Part shown: positions 30,045-38,941 of the stretch, piece after piece
Layout: every line of letters starts with the position of its first letter
How positions within the stretch are numbered: the first letter of the stretch is position 1
Origin: Candidatus Nanosyncoccus sp.
GTDB taxonomy: Bacteria > Patescibacteriota > Saccharimonadia > Saccharimonadales > Saccharimonadaceae
Direction: 5' to 3'
NCBI GenBank assembly: GCA_045541215.1
Contig: JAZQIR010000007.1
Coordinates: forward strand, 79,167 to 143,166
DNA length: 64,000 nucleotides
Made by a program: the position numbers and the translations under genes
Notes under the pieces: model-generated
Seen by the model: the letters and a program-made list of their open reading frames with translations, nothing else
What the model was told of the DNA's origin: nothing
Databases searched by the model: none

Positions 30045-30068
30045 GGCCCGGAATCTAGGTTCCGGGCC
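30045..30068 (-). terminator. Hairpin/terminator after the RiPP precursor
   Basis: GGCCCGGAA-N6-TTCCGGGCC followed on the minus strand by TCTTTCTT. Confidence 0.65.
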
Positions 30069-30136
30069 AGGGGCGAAGGTTTGGCATGTGTGAGGCCAAA
30101 CATTCTTGCATATCTTATGTTTGGTGAGTGGTGGAA

Positions 30137-30322
30137 TTACTTTCCGCCGCCGCCGCAGCCTCCGCCGCCGCCTCCGTTACAACCGGAACCGCCGCCGCAA
30201 GAGCCGCCACCACCACCGCAGCCACCGCCACAACCAGAGCCACATCCGGCTCCGCCGCAGTTACCAGCCGCAGCAACATTCACATCGTAAGGCGTACGCT
30301 TAACGTCAAGAAGCTCCTTCAT
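30137..30322 (-). CDS. Gly/Cys-rich RiPP precursor (microcin B17-like azole peptide)
   Basis: About 21-aa leader, then CGGAGCGSGCGGGCGGGGGSCGGGSGCNGGGGGGCGGGGK (7 Cys, 3 Ser); adjacent to YcaO. Confidence 0.85.
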   Translation of the reverse strand: MKELLDVKRTPYDVNVAAAGNCGGAGCGSGCGGGCGGGGGSCGGGSGCNGGGGGGCGGGGK

Positions 30323-30540
30323 AACGAATCACCGTCCTTCCCTGGAATAATGAGTGTATATATAGACAACAAAACAGCCCGTCGCGCCCCAAAGGAGCCA
30401 CACATATACGACAAACTGAGATGTTTGCCAAAACATAAGAAAAATACTAAAAATATCCAACAATTTTCCACTTGTCTTGTTAGTATTATACCATGTTTCT
30501 CTAAATATGCAATATTTAGTATTAGGTTTTATTCTATTAA

Positions 30541-30631
30541 TCATTGTTTTAAGCCCTCACCAACAGGAGAACTCGTGGAAAACTCAGGTTCGAAAACTTT
30601 TCTAGGCCCAAGCGCAATTTTTCAGGGTTCT
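30541..30631. repeat. att-like junction: half CATTG box, core, internally deleted LSR 3' remnant
   Basis: TCATTGTTTTAAGCC|CTCACCAACAGG; right part matches 10289-10319 then 10461-10504 via GTTCGAA microhomology. Confidence 0.8.
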
Positions 30632-30638
30632 GCATATG

Positions 30639-31541
30639 CTATTTGCAGATTTTTTCTTGACACTCCTCATCCGCCTGCTCGATCTCTATTACAGAATGTG
30701 AAATATTGTGTTTCTTCAAAACTTCCTTTACAGTATTCTTAATAATCTTGTCGTATTTTTTGACTACAACATGGAGCGTGGCATGATTTTCTTCGCCATT
30801 TATACTCCTAACGTGGATATGATGAATATCTACAACACCCTTAACATGTTTGATATCTATCTTAATTTCCTCTAAATCTATATCTTTTGGCGTAATCTCC
30901 AAAAATATCTTTACGATTTCGCGTAGATTTTTAGCTGCTTCGATTAAGATGAATGTCGCGACACCCAGTGAGAGAATTGGGTCTATAACTGCGATTCCTG
31001 TGAATTTCATTACAATAGAACCAATTAGCACTACTGCCCAGCCTAGTACATCTTCCAGCATATGGAGATTTACCGATTTTTGGTTTAATGAATCGCCATC
31101 ACGTGTGACATAAGTCGCGATGCTATTTATGACTAAGCCAATAATCGCAAAGATAATCATGCCATCGTAATTTATTTCGACAGGGTCTGCGATACGCTGA
31201 ATTGCTTCATAAATCACGAATGAAGAGCCGACGAGTAGAATTACCGTTGTAATAATGCTCCCAACTAATGAATACCGTGCGTAACCGTAAGTATGCTTCG
31301 CGTCTGGTCCTTTCTTACTTTTTCGTTCCAGGCCATATGCAATGCCGATACTTAAAGCATCCCCTAGATCATGGACTGCATCGGAAGTGATAGCGATGCT
31401 TCCAGTAATAATGCCACATATGAACTCAAATATTGAAAAGTTGGCATTTAGAAGAAATGCTATTAATATATTTTTCTCGGTTTTATATGCATGATGATGT
31501 GAATGATGCGCATGCTCCGAGCCGTGAAAAGATTTACTCAT
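30639..31541 (-). CDS. Cation diffusion facilitator (CzcD-like) transporter
   Basis: His-rich N-terminus, SDAVHDLGD, HMLEDVLGW. Confidence 0.93.
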   Translation of the reverse strand: MSKSFHGSEHAHHSHHHAYKTEKNILIAFLLNANFSIFEFICGIITGSIAITSDAVHDLGDALSIGIAYGLERKSKKGPDAKHTYGYARYSLVGSIITTVILLVGSSFVIYEAIQRIADPVEINYDGMIIFAIIGLVINSIATYVTRDGDSLNQKSVNLHMLEDVLGWAVVLIGSIVMKFTGIAVIDPILSLGVATFILIEAAKNLREIVKIFLEITPKDIDLEEIKIDIKHVKGVVDIHHIHVRSINGEENHATLHVVVKKYDKIIKNTVKEVLKKHNISHSVIEIEQADEECQEKICK

Positions 31542-31661
31542 AAAAATCCTTGGAGTATTAATGGGTTATCAAAATTTAGAGAATAAAGACTAATTTCCGT
31601 ATCGCGCTAAGGACATAATATTGATACGTACTTAAAGATATTATATCATAAAAGTCTTGTA

Positions 31662-31924
31662 ATTGACATTGTAGGAATAAGTTATTCCTTTACATTGGTT
31701 CAATGTTCATTTCCTTGTGATTCCTGATCAGAACGTAACATCTACTAAAACAGGGTAGTCCTTCTTCGTTATGACCTTTGTCTTAGGGTTGTATTCTGGA
31801 TGCTCAAACATCCAATCGATCACGTTATAGAGGCGGAGCATTATCTCGTCTGCTGCATCAATAAGTTCTCTGCAACGTTCACCAAATGAAGAAATTATTG
31901 AACCCGCCGCAAAGCGGCGTTTTT
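31662..31924. repeat. Divergent P arm (LSR tail 31728-31883), core and B' terminator
   Basis: Minus frame GERCRELIDAADEIMLRLYNVIDWMFEHPEYNPKTKVITKKDYPVLVDVTF*; CACCAAATGAAGAAATTATTGAA; CGCCGC-aaa-GCGGCG-TTTTT. Confidence 0.8.
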
Positions 31925-32375
31925 ATTTAAGCGCTTTGACCGCTTTCAGTAACTCTGCAGTAGCTTTTCTGTCTGTGTTGTCTTGATATGTTACTTTCTC
32001 TTTGGTGACCATTTCAACTACTTTACGGCCAACAAAACCCATTTTTGACGGGTTGGTGCCACCTTCAAAACAGTATAGTGGAGTGTCGCCTAGTTTATTA
32101 TCTTCGGCCATTTTCTTTAAGTCTACTTTGGCTTTCGGTGTAAAGCCAACACCAAATACGATCAATCGCTTTGGAGCGAAGCTTTTAATTTTTTTGTACC
32201 CACTAATTACCCCACCAAATATCCACCCGCCATGAATCACGAGATCGTATTTTGCGACATCTTTAGAGGAAACATTTTTTATATCTTTCGTTTCACAGTT
32301 TAGTTCTTCGGCAATCCATTTTGCATACTTTTTCGTAAATCCAGTTTTGCTTTTATAAGTAACTAAAATTTTCAT
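31923..32375 (-). CDS. Flavodoxin-domain protein
   Basis: YKSKTGFTKKYAKWIAEEL, GGWIFGG. Confidence 0.85.
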   Translation of the reverse strand: MKILVTYKSKTGFTKKYAKWIAEELNCETKDIKNVSSKDVAKYDLVIHGGWIFGGVISGYKKIKSFAPKRLIVFGVGFTPKAKVDLKKMAEDNKLGDTPLYCFEGGTNPSKMGFVGRKVVEMVTKEKVTYQDNTDRKATAELLKAVKALK

Positions 32376-32380
32376 AATAT

Positions 32381-32797
32381 TTACACTTCAAAATCCTCTG
32401 TTTTTAGGTCGCAATAATACCGACCGCTTGTTGCAGTGAATTTTAGCACGCAGTAATCTGGATCTGTAACACCTTTCTTATAAAACATCGTGTCGCCACG
32501 CTTCCAAATCATGTCCTTTGTCTTCTGGTCCGTTAAAACTTCCATTTTGCCTTTTAACATAACACCAACGTACTTGATTAGGCCTTTGTGATAAAAATAG
32601 ATACTGGCTTTTGGATTCTTTTTGTATTGACTTACCCTCATAGACGAAGTGTTAGTAGAAAAGTAAAACTCTTTCAGTCCATTTCGTTTTCTAGGTTTTA
32701 GCATTGCCTTAACGTTTGGGTATTCTTGATTGTCAATAGAACAAATAATGCAAACTTTTTGCTTGTCGATAAATCTTTCAATCTTTTTTAGATCCAT
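32381..32797 (-). CDS. Pyridoxamine 5'-phosphate oxidase-family (general stress) protein
   Basis: FSTNTSS.RV, NPKASIYF, GVTDPDYCVLKF. Confidence 0.85.
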   Translation of the reverse strand: MDLKKIERFIDKQKVCIICSIDNQEYPNVKAMLKPRKRNGLKEFYFSTNTSSMRVSQYKKNPKASIYFYHKGLIKYVGVMLKGKMEVLTDQKTKDMIWKRGDTMFYKKGVTDPDYCVLKFTATSGRYYCDLKTEDFEV

Positions 32798-32798
32798 A

Positions 32799-33056
32799 TT
32801 ACACTTTCTTCCATCTCTTGAGTGTTGGAAATACCTTCGTGCAATATTCTTTCATTTGTTCGTTCGTCATACCGGCCTGTTCGCCAAACTTCGAACACAT
32901 TTCGATGTATTCTTCCATGGAAACCTTATCTACGAATTCGCCATCTTTATAGCACCACTTACAGTAGTCTTTATTGATACTACCGTCTTTTTCAGTAGAA
33001 TACATATCTTTTGAAGTTAGTGGCATTGCACAGCTTTGGCAAATAGTTTGTTCCAT
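32799..33056 (-). CDS. Zinc-ribbon domain protein, copy 2
   Basis: 82/85 aa identical to 20058-20315 by manual comparison. Confidence 0.85.
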   Translation of the reverse strand: MEQTICQSCAMPLTSKDMYSTEKDGSINKDYCKWCYKDGEFVDKVSMEEYIEMCSKFGEQAGMTNEQMKEYCTKVFPTLKRWKKV

Positions 33057-33089
33057 AAAAGATCCTTTGTTTACTTACTATAATTATAC

Positions 33090-33150
33090 CATTGACATTG
33101 ACATTGACATTGTTATTCTTTTATTTTTTTCATTGTCATTGTCTTAAGCT
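33090..33150. repeat. CATTG box with an expanded left half (4 CATTG units)
   Basis: CATTGACATTGACATTGACATTGT...CATTGTCATTGTCTTAAGCT. Confidence 0.8.
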
Positions 33151-33151
33151 T

Positions 33152-33670
33152 CTACGGCTCCAATAGGTTATTTAGCCAATCATCCAGCTTTTTAATTCCC
33201 TCTTCCGTCCGCGCCATGGATCCAGTCATATTAAACCCATCGCCTTTCAAAATTGCACCCGACATGAGAGATTTCAAAGTTTCATAAGTCCCAGCATTAC
33301 CAGATCCTTCATGCGTATTAAACGGAACCACCGTCCTGCCCGAAAAATCATGTTTTTCAATAAAACTATAGACCACCATCGGCAAATCTTCCCACCAAAT
33401 TGGATAGCCAAAGAAAATTGTATCATAGCCAGCGATATCTACATCTTCAACATACTCTGGACGCGCACCAATCTTTTGCTCATCAGCCGCACGCTCTATC
33501 GCCTCCTGATAACTCAAAGGATATTTATTTTTTGGCTCAATCTTAAACTCATCAGCACCAGTTTTCGCTACAATCTCTTTTGCTAATAATTCCGTATTGC
33601 CAACCTCTACAGTGCCGACATTATAATTTTCCCCCGCATGTGAAAAATAAATAACTAAAATTTTATCCAT
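33152..33670 (-). CDS. Flavodoxin
   Basis: ILVIYFSHAGEN..GNT, FFGYPIWW, FNTHEGSG; start moved to ATG 33670. Confidence 0.9.
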   Translation of the reverse strand: MDKILVIYFSHAGENYNVGTVEVGNTELLAKEIVAKTGADEFKIEPKNKYPLSYQEAIERAADEQKIGARPEYVEDVDIAGYDTIFFGYPIWWEDLPMVVYSFIEKHDFSGRTVVPFNTHEGSGNAGTYETLKSLMSGAILKGDGFNMTGSMARTEEGIKKLDDWLNNLLEP

Positions 33671-33719
33671 AATATATTGATTATAGCATGTCAAAACTCT
33701 CGCCAAATAACCCCATTTT

Positions 33720-34673
33720 CTAAGTAAAGACTACCACAAATTTAGTGGTATGTTTATCGCTCTCACAAGTTATTCTCCATCCGTTTTGTTCACAAAGCAT
33801 CTTGGCAATAGCAAGGCCGAGTCCAGAACCACTTTTAGTTTTATCGGTTTGATAAAAACGATCGAATACCTTCCCTACTTCATCCTCAGCAATCGTCGTA
33901 CCATCATTTATGATACTAAATCCGTCCTCATCTAGAAAGATAGCTATTTTTTTATCACCATATTTTGTAGCATTATCCAACAAAATATCCAACACTTGGA
34001 GAAAATCTTGTTTTAAAATAGCTCTACTTTTTCCCTCAAAAGAGCCATCAAAAGAGGCTTTAAAAGAAATTTTACCAGCAAATTTTGGTTTAAACATCTC
34101 TATGCGTTTTTCTATTTCTTTTTTCAAATCAACGTCCTCAAGCACACCTTTTTCTATATTTCCCGCATCCATTTTGGCTAGTTGCAATAAATCTAGTACC
34201 AATTTGTTAGCATGGCTTATTTCATCTTCAATATTAGACTTCCACTTTTCGTTTTCTCTACTAACATCCAAGGCTTCCATATTAGCTTGAATAATCGCAA
34301 GCGGAGTTTTTAGTTCATGCGAAGCATTGGCGATAAATAATTTTTGTTTGTCGTATGAATTTTTAACTGGCTCAACTATTTTTTGCGACGCAAAGTAAAC
34401 GATCAAAAAGGTAGCAACTTCAATAATTGCCCCAACACATAAAAGAGTGACGAGAAGACGCTCACTACCTTCTTTTCGATCGTTTTCGATAAAATCTTTT
34501 AATTCTTGATCATCATATAAAGCAGGGTTTGGCATACCAAAATCTGGCCCAGGTTTTGGTTCTGGCCGTGTAGTCGATGAAAAAATCATAATTAGCACGC
34601 CGGATAAAACTAGGACGGTAGTTGTGACAGCCATCGTGATAATAATGATTCGGTTTCTTAATTTCTTAAACAT
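33720..34673 (-). CDS. Sensor histidine kinase
   Basis: FIANASHELKTPL, LLDNATKY, GSGLGLAI. Confidence 0.95.
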   Translation of the reverse strand: MFKKLRNRIIIITMAVTTTVLVLSGVLIMIFSSTTRPEPKPGPDFGMPNPALYDDQELKDFIENDRKEGSERLLVTLLCVGAIIEVATFLIVYFASQKIVEPVKNSYDKQKLFIANASHELKTPLAIIQANMEALDVSRENEKWKSNIEDEISHANKLVLDLLQLAKMDAGNIEKGVLEDVDLKKEIEKRIEMFKPKFAGKISFKASFDGSFEGKSRAILKQDFLQVLDILLDNATKYGDKKIAIFLDEDGFSIINDGTTIAEDEVGKVFDRFYQTDKTKSGSGLGLAIAKMLCEQNGWRITCESDKHTTKFVVVFT

Positions 34674-34674
34674 A

Positions 34675-35334
34675 TTATTTACTCGTTAATTTATATCCTA
34701 AACCGCGAATGGTAACGATTCTGGCTTTGCTATGGATTTTCTTTAGCAATTTACGAATTCTAGACATGTAGGATTCTACATAATTATCTTCGCCGAGACC
34801 ATCTTCTCCCCAAACTTTGGCAAGTAAATGTTCTTTACTAATTAATGTTTCTGGTGATTTCATAAATTCGGCAATAATTTCAATTTCTTTAGCGGTAAGT
34901 TGCTCGCCATTTAGGGTTGCATTTGTTTTGTCTAATATTAAATCACCATAAGTAATGTTTGCATTATCAATGACTTTTGGCCGACGAACTAAGGCCTTAA
35001 TTCTAGCTACGAGTTCGGCGGTCTTAAATGGCTTGGCAAGGTAATCGTCTGCGCCATGATCTAAGTGACTAATTTTGGTTTCAACTTCTGACAATGCGGA
35101 TAACATAATTACTGGTGTTTGGATATTCTTTTCGCGCATGCGTTTTAAAAGGTCAGTACCAGATAGTTTTGGCAACATAATATCAAGAACGACACAGTCA
35201 TAAATGTCGCTCATGGCATTTTCTAGGCCGTCTTCCCCATTATTTGCAAGATCAACCGAAATCCCTTGTTTTTCTAAATTATGTTTAACAGCTTCGGCTA
35301 GAAAGGTTGCGTCTTCTACATAGAGTACTCTCAT
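34675..35334 (-). CDS. OmpR-family response regulator
   Basis: VLYVED, VLDIMLP, GADDYLAKPF, TIRGLGY. Confidence 0.95.
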   Translation of the reverse strand: MRVLYVEDATFLAEAVKHNLEKQGISVDLANNGEDGLENAMSDIYDCVVLDIMLPKLSGTDLLKRMREKNIQTPVIMLSALSEVETKISHLDHGADDYLAKPFKTAELVARIKALVRRPKVIDNANITYGDLILDKTNATLNGEQLTAKEIEIIAEFMKSPETLISKEHLLAKVWGEDGLGEDNYVESYMSRIRKLLKKIHSKARIVTIRGLGYKLTSK

Positions 35335-35478
35335 GATATTCTCCTTATTTAATTATAATATAATTTTGCTCCTTTAACCTCAAACGAAACTGAAATTATC
35401 TCTTTGCTTACTTTTAAGTTCTATTTCAGGAAAGCGGTTGATAATGGTATTGTATAATAATTAAAAGGAGACGAATTT

Positions 35479-35757
35479 ATGGAAAACGAAAATATTAAAA
35501 AGAAAGATATTGCAAAAGAGAAAATTATTCTCTTTGTAATCGGTGTACTCGTAGGAGCGGTGATTTCTACTACGGCTTTCTTTGTTTATACAAAGACTTT
35601 AGGAACTAGTAGTTCAGCCAGCGATTCATCATCACAACAAATGCCAGGTGGTGGCACTCCGCCAGAAATGCCTAACGGCATGAGTGGCTCAGACAATCAG
35701 GGCGGTACTCCCCCAGAAAAACCAAGCGATGACAATAGCTCACAAAGCAATAATTGA
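35479..35757 (+). CDS. Small membrane protein with a low-complexity tail
   Basis: AAGGAG RBS; TM helix; GGTPPE repeated twice. Confidence 0.75.
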   Translation: MENENIKKKDIAKEKIILFVIGVLVGAVISTTAFFVYTKTLGTSSSASDSSSQQMPGGGTPPEMPNGMSGSDNQGGTPPEKPSDDNSSQSNN

Positions 35758-35776
35758 AGAGAAGATAGGAGGTCAA

Positions 35777-37123
35777 GTGCAAAAGAAAGATAAGATTACC
35801 TATACCGCTATAATTGTTGTTTTGGCTATAACTCTAGGCGTATTGTGGTTCTTGATTATAGATACGATAAACTCTAACTATATTACTAGTGAGGGTAGTG
35901 CGCCAGCAATGAATGGTGACGGCAGTTCATCATCTGCATCCTACTCGGCAGTTAAAGAGATTACGTCGGACGAGAATATCACAAGTGGCGAATTCTTATC
36001 ATCTAACGCCGACGAGAACGCCATTTCCGTATCTGGAGATATTACAGCCACTTTATCTGGAATTACAGTCACCAAAACTGGTGATTCGAATGGTGGCGAC
36101 AACACGAGCTTTTACGGTACTAATTCTGCAATTATTGCAAAAGGTGGTGCTAATTTAACTATTAAGGATGCCGACATCACAACTGACGCAACTGGTGCTA
36201 ACGGTGTGTTTTCTTATGGCGGTTCAGCTACAACCAACAACTCATCATCTGATGGAACAACGGTGAATATTTCCGATTCGACCATCACAACTAGTAAAGA
36301 TAATTCCGGTGGTATTATGACTACTGGTGGTGGCATAATGAATGCTGAGAATCTTACTATTACTACTGCAGGCACTTCTAGTGCGGCAATCCGTTCGGAT
36401 CGTGGTGGCGGCACAGTGACAGTAGATAAAGGTACTTACAAGACTAATGGTAAGGGTTCTCCAGTTATCTATTCTACAGCAGACATTACTGTGAAGAATG
36501 CCACATTAATTGCTACCGCTTCTGAGGGCGCGATTATCGAGGGCAAGAATAGCATTACGCTTGAGAATGTAACTTTGACCGACACCAATAGCTCGCTCAA
36601 CGGTCAATCTACCACTTACAAGAACATTTTCCTCTATCAGTCTATGAGTGGTGACGCGGCAACTGGCAAGGCTGTCTTTACCGCCAAAAACTCAACTATC
36701 ACGACCAATAAAGGCGATAGCTTCTATGTAACAAATACCACTGCAGAAATTAACCTTGAGAATAACACAATCACAAACAACGACAATACTGGCAATTTCT
36801 TAAGAATCCAAAAAGATTCTTGGGGCAAATCTGGTAGCAATGGTGGTACGGTTACACTTAATATGACCAACCAAAAAGCTACCGGCAACATAGTTGTAGA
36901 TTCAATTTCTAAACTCACCATGAATCTTGTTAACGGTTCATCATTTAGCGGTGCCATTAATAGTGATAATGCTGGTGAAGTCGAGCTCGTCTTAGATGAT
37001 TCTAGCTCGATAACTTTAACAGGCGATACTTATGTTAAGTCATTAACAAATGCCGATGCAACCAATAGCAATATTCATACAAATGGCTATAAGCTTTACG
37101 TAAATGGTACTTTACTAAAGTAA
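35777..37123 (+). CDS. Membrane-anchored beta-helix-like Thr/Gly/Asn-rich protein
   Basis: GTG start 35777 with AGGAGG RBS; repeated ITT.G..S motifs. Confidence 0.7.
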   Translation: MQKKDKITYTAIIVVLAITLGVLWFLIIDTINSNYITSEGSAPAMNGDGSSSSASYSAVKEITSDENITSGEFLSSNADENAISVSGDITATLSGITVTKTGDSNGGDNTSFYGTNSAIIAKGGANLTIKDADITTDATGANGVFSYGGSATTNNSSSDGTTVNISDSTITTSKDNSGGIMTTGGGIMNAENLTITTAGTSSAAIRSDRGGGTVTVDKGTYKTNGKGSPVIYSTADITVKNATLIATASEGAIIEGKNSITLENVTLTDTNSSLNGQSTTYKNIFLYQSMSGDAATGKAVFTAKNSTITTNKGDSFYVTNTTAEINLENNTITNNDNTGNFLRIQKDSWGKSGSNGGTVTLNMTNQKATGNIVVDSISKLTMNLVNGSSFSGAINSDNAGEVELVLDDSSSITLTGDTYVKSLTNADATNSNIHTNGYKLYVNGTLLK

Positions 37124-37128
37124 ACAAC

Positions 37129-37159
37129 AAAGCCAGTTGCATAACGCGACTGGCTTTTT
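37129..37159 (+). terminator. Intrinsic terminator
   Basis: AAAGCCAGT-N11-ACTGGCTTT-TT. Confidence 0.8.
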
Positions 37160-37161
37160 GT

Positions 37162-37176
37162 CTCACCATATGAAGG
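37162..37176. repeat. Possible distal att core
   Basis: CTCACCATATGAAGG is 14/15 identical to CTCACCAAATGAAGG at 21215. Confidence 0.5.
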
Positions 37177-37277
37177 GACTATGAAACTGCTGTATGGTAA
37201 TACGCCCAATCTTTGAATAATTATAATTTGTATCAAATGATTCGTAAAAGATTACAAGACAGTGATATAAACTTTAT

Positions 37278-38810
37278 TCATAAGTAATTGCGAATAAATT
37301 TAGCACATCCTAACAATACTAGCGCCACGCAACATAGCGCAACCATTATTGTCATCTCCATAGTTCCATTTTCTATGCCATTTTCACCAGTGAAACTTCC
37401 GGTATTGGGGACAAGCGGTCCTGATTCGCTATCCGCCTCGGTCTCTGCTTCTGCTACTACAAAACTCGCTCTGGCTATCCCACCAAACTCAGTGTCAAAG
37501 AAGTATATTTCGATATCATGCCTACCAACCGCTAGGGTATCTAAATATTCACTTAGCAACGTGATAGTTTGCATTTCCGATTTTACAATACTGTCATTCT
37601 CCAAATCTACATAAGTATCATCTACAATAATCATTACATCTTCATCAGTGTAACTAGCAGGATCTTTATCAACTACAAACGCCAAATCATCCCCACTGCC
37701 TTTTATATGCTCATCACCATTGCCATCAGTCACTTGATAAACTTGACGGAAAGCAACTACAATTTCGGCATTCTCATTGACACCCTCTATATCAAGAGAA
37801 TTATCTTCGTTCAAAAGCTCAGTCACGTCGTTGTCGTTATGTTCTACCCAAACTATTTCATAGCCTTCCGCCGGCATGATATCGACATGTAAATCACCAC
37901 CCTTATCGACGTATTGCGGTGCAGACACTTCACCGTGACCAGCCCATATATCAGTATTAACAGTTATATAATCTTTAATAGTAAAAGGTACTCTAAGCGA
38001 TGCTCTATAATTATCATTTTCAAATGAATATTCAACTAGGTAAAATTCTCCTGGATCTGTCGGTCGGTCAATCGGCGTAAAAGATGAATCAGAATCGTCG
38101 TATATATAGTATCGTTCTGTCAAGTCTTCCGCAGTAATATCATCATCGTTTTCCTCTACAGTTAAATCACCTTGGAGTACTACTGGGTGATCCGTATAGG
38201 TCACATCTTGCCTTTCTACACCACTAATCATTAGCACATCTTTATCGTAGTCAGGTGATACAGTTAACACAGAATCTAACACCATATTTTCAATCGTCCT
38301 CATCTCGCCATTGACCTCATAGTGAGCAGAATTAATCGTTATCGGCAAATTACGCTTAAAAGTCGCTGGCGGATTCAAACTCGACATTGGAACTATATAC
38401 CAATATCCAAAAAGATCGTCGCCCGATTCCTCTGGAGTAAACTCAACGTAATCAACATCCTCTCGTTCGTCTTCTTTTCCACTCCATATCATATGTAGTC
38501 CATGATTAAATTCTTCAACGTTAGTAAGGTCATAGTTATTATCTGAGTGAAGTGGTATCAGACCTTCAACACCATCTATGTCGGAAAAACTTACATCCAT
38601 GTCGTAGAGTTTTATTTTGCAAGTACTCCCAACTCTCACATAAAATGCATCGCTATGAAGCTGATCACTCCATATAATTTCCTGATATGGCGTCGTTTCC
38701 ATACAATTGTCCACCGCATGAGCCTTCGGCAAGTGTATCATTGGCAATATCATTACACCTACTAAACCACACACTAAAGCTTTTATTTTTATATTTTTTT
38801 TCTTAAACAC
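37278..38810 (-). CDS. Secreted acidic surface protein with a VPNTG-TM-basic C-terminus
   Basis: GTG start with GGAGG; signal peptide; GPLVPNTG. Confidence 0.75.
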   Translation of the reverse strand: MFKKKNIKIKALVCGLVGVMILPMIHLPKAHAVDNCMETTPYQEIIWSDQLHSDAFYVRVGSTCKIKLYDMDVSFSDIDGVEGLIPLHSDNNYDLTNVEEFNHGLHMIWSGKEDEREDVDYVEFTPEESGDDLFGYWYIVPMSSLNPPATFKRNLPITINSAHYEVNGEMRTIENMVLDSVLTVSPDYDKDVLMISGVERQDVTYTDHPVVLQGDLTVEENDDDITAEDLTERYYIYDDSDSSFTPIDRPTDPGEFYLVEYSFENDNYRASLRVPFTIKDYITVNTDIWAGHGEVSAPQYVDKGGDLHVDIMPAEGYEIVWVEHNDNDVTELLNEDNSLDIEGVNENAEIVVAFRQVYQVTDGNGDEHIKGSGDDLAFVVDKDPASYTDEDVMIIVDDTYVDLENDSIVKSEMQTITLLSEYLDTLAVGRHDIEIYFFDTEFGGIARASFVVAEAETEADSESGPLVPNTGSFTGENGIENGTMEMTIMVALCCVALVLLGCAKFIRNYL

Positions 38811-38941
38811 GAAACCTCCCTTAAATTGTATAACCTATTTTCTCAATTATACCACAAAAATCTTATGGTTTTGCAAAAACATTTAAAGGCCTAGCTGAGC
38901 AATCAATATTCGCGCAAATAGATAAATTCGTACAAATAAGA

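Larger units (their letters stand above)
10282..37176. mobile_element. Tandem array of LSR-type integrated units at the tRNA-Lys 3' end
   Basis: Core TCACCAA at 10282, 17980, 18877, 21216, 30557, 31879; variants TCGCCAA at 27038 and CTCACCATATGAAGG at 37162; shared arms on both sides; right boundary uncertain (33.2 or 37.2 kb). Confidence 0.8.

Noticed and set aside
30329-30544. 71-aa minus-strand ORF upstream of the precursor
   Set aside because: It runs through the TGGTATAAT promoter and starts within the att junction; probably the precursor 5' leader.
30081-30742. Plus-strand Pro-rich and Ala/Thr-rich ORFs (69, 65 and 204 aa)
   Set aside because: Antisense shadows of the Gly/Cys precursor's GGC/GGT codons; no independent signals.
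17736-33150. Repeats as a CRISPR array or classical integron attC sites
   Set aside because: Spacing is kilobases and irregular; no cas genes, no tyrosine IntI, and no RYYYAAC/GTTRRRY attC pattern recognised.
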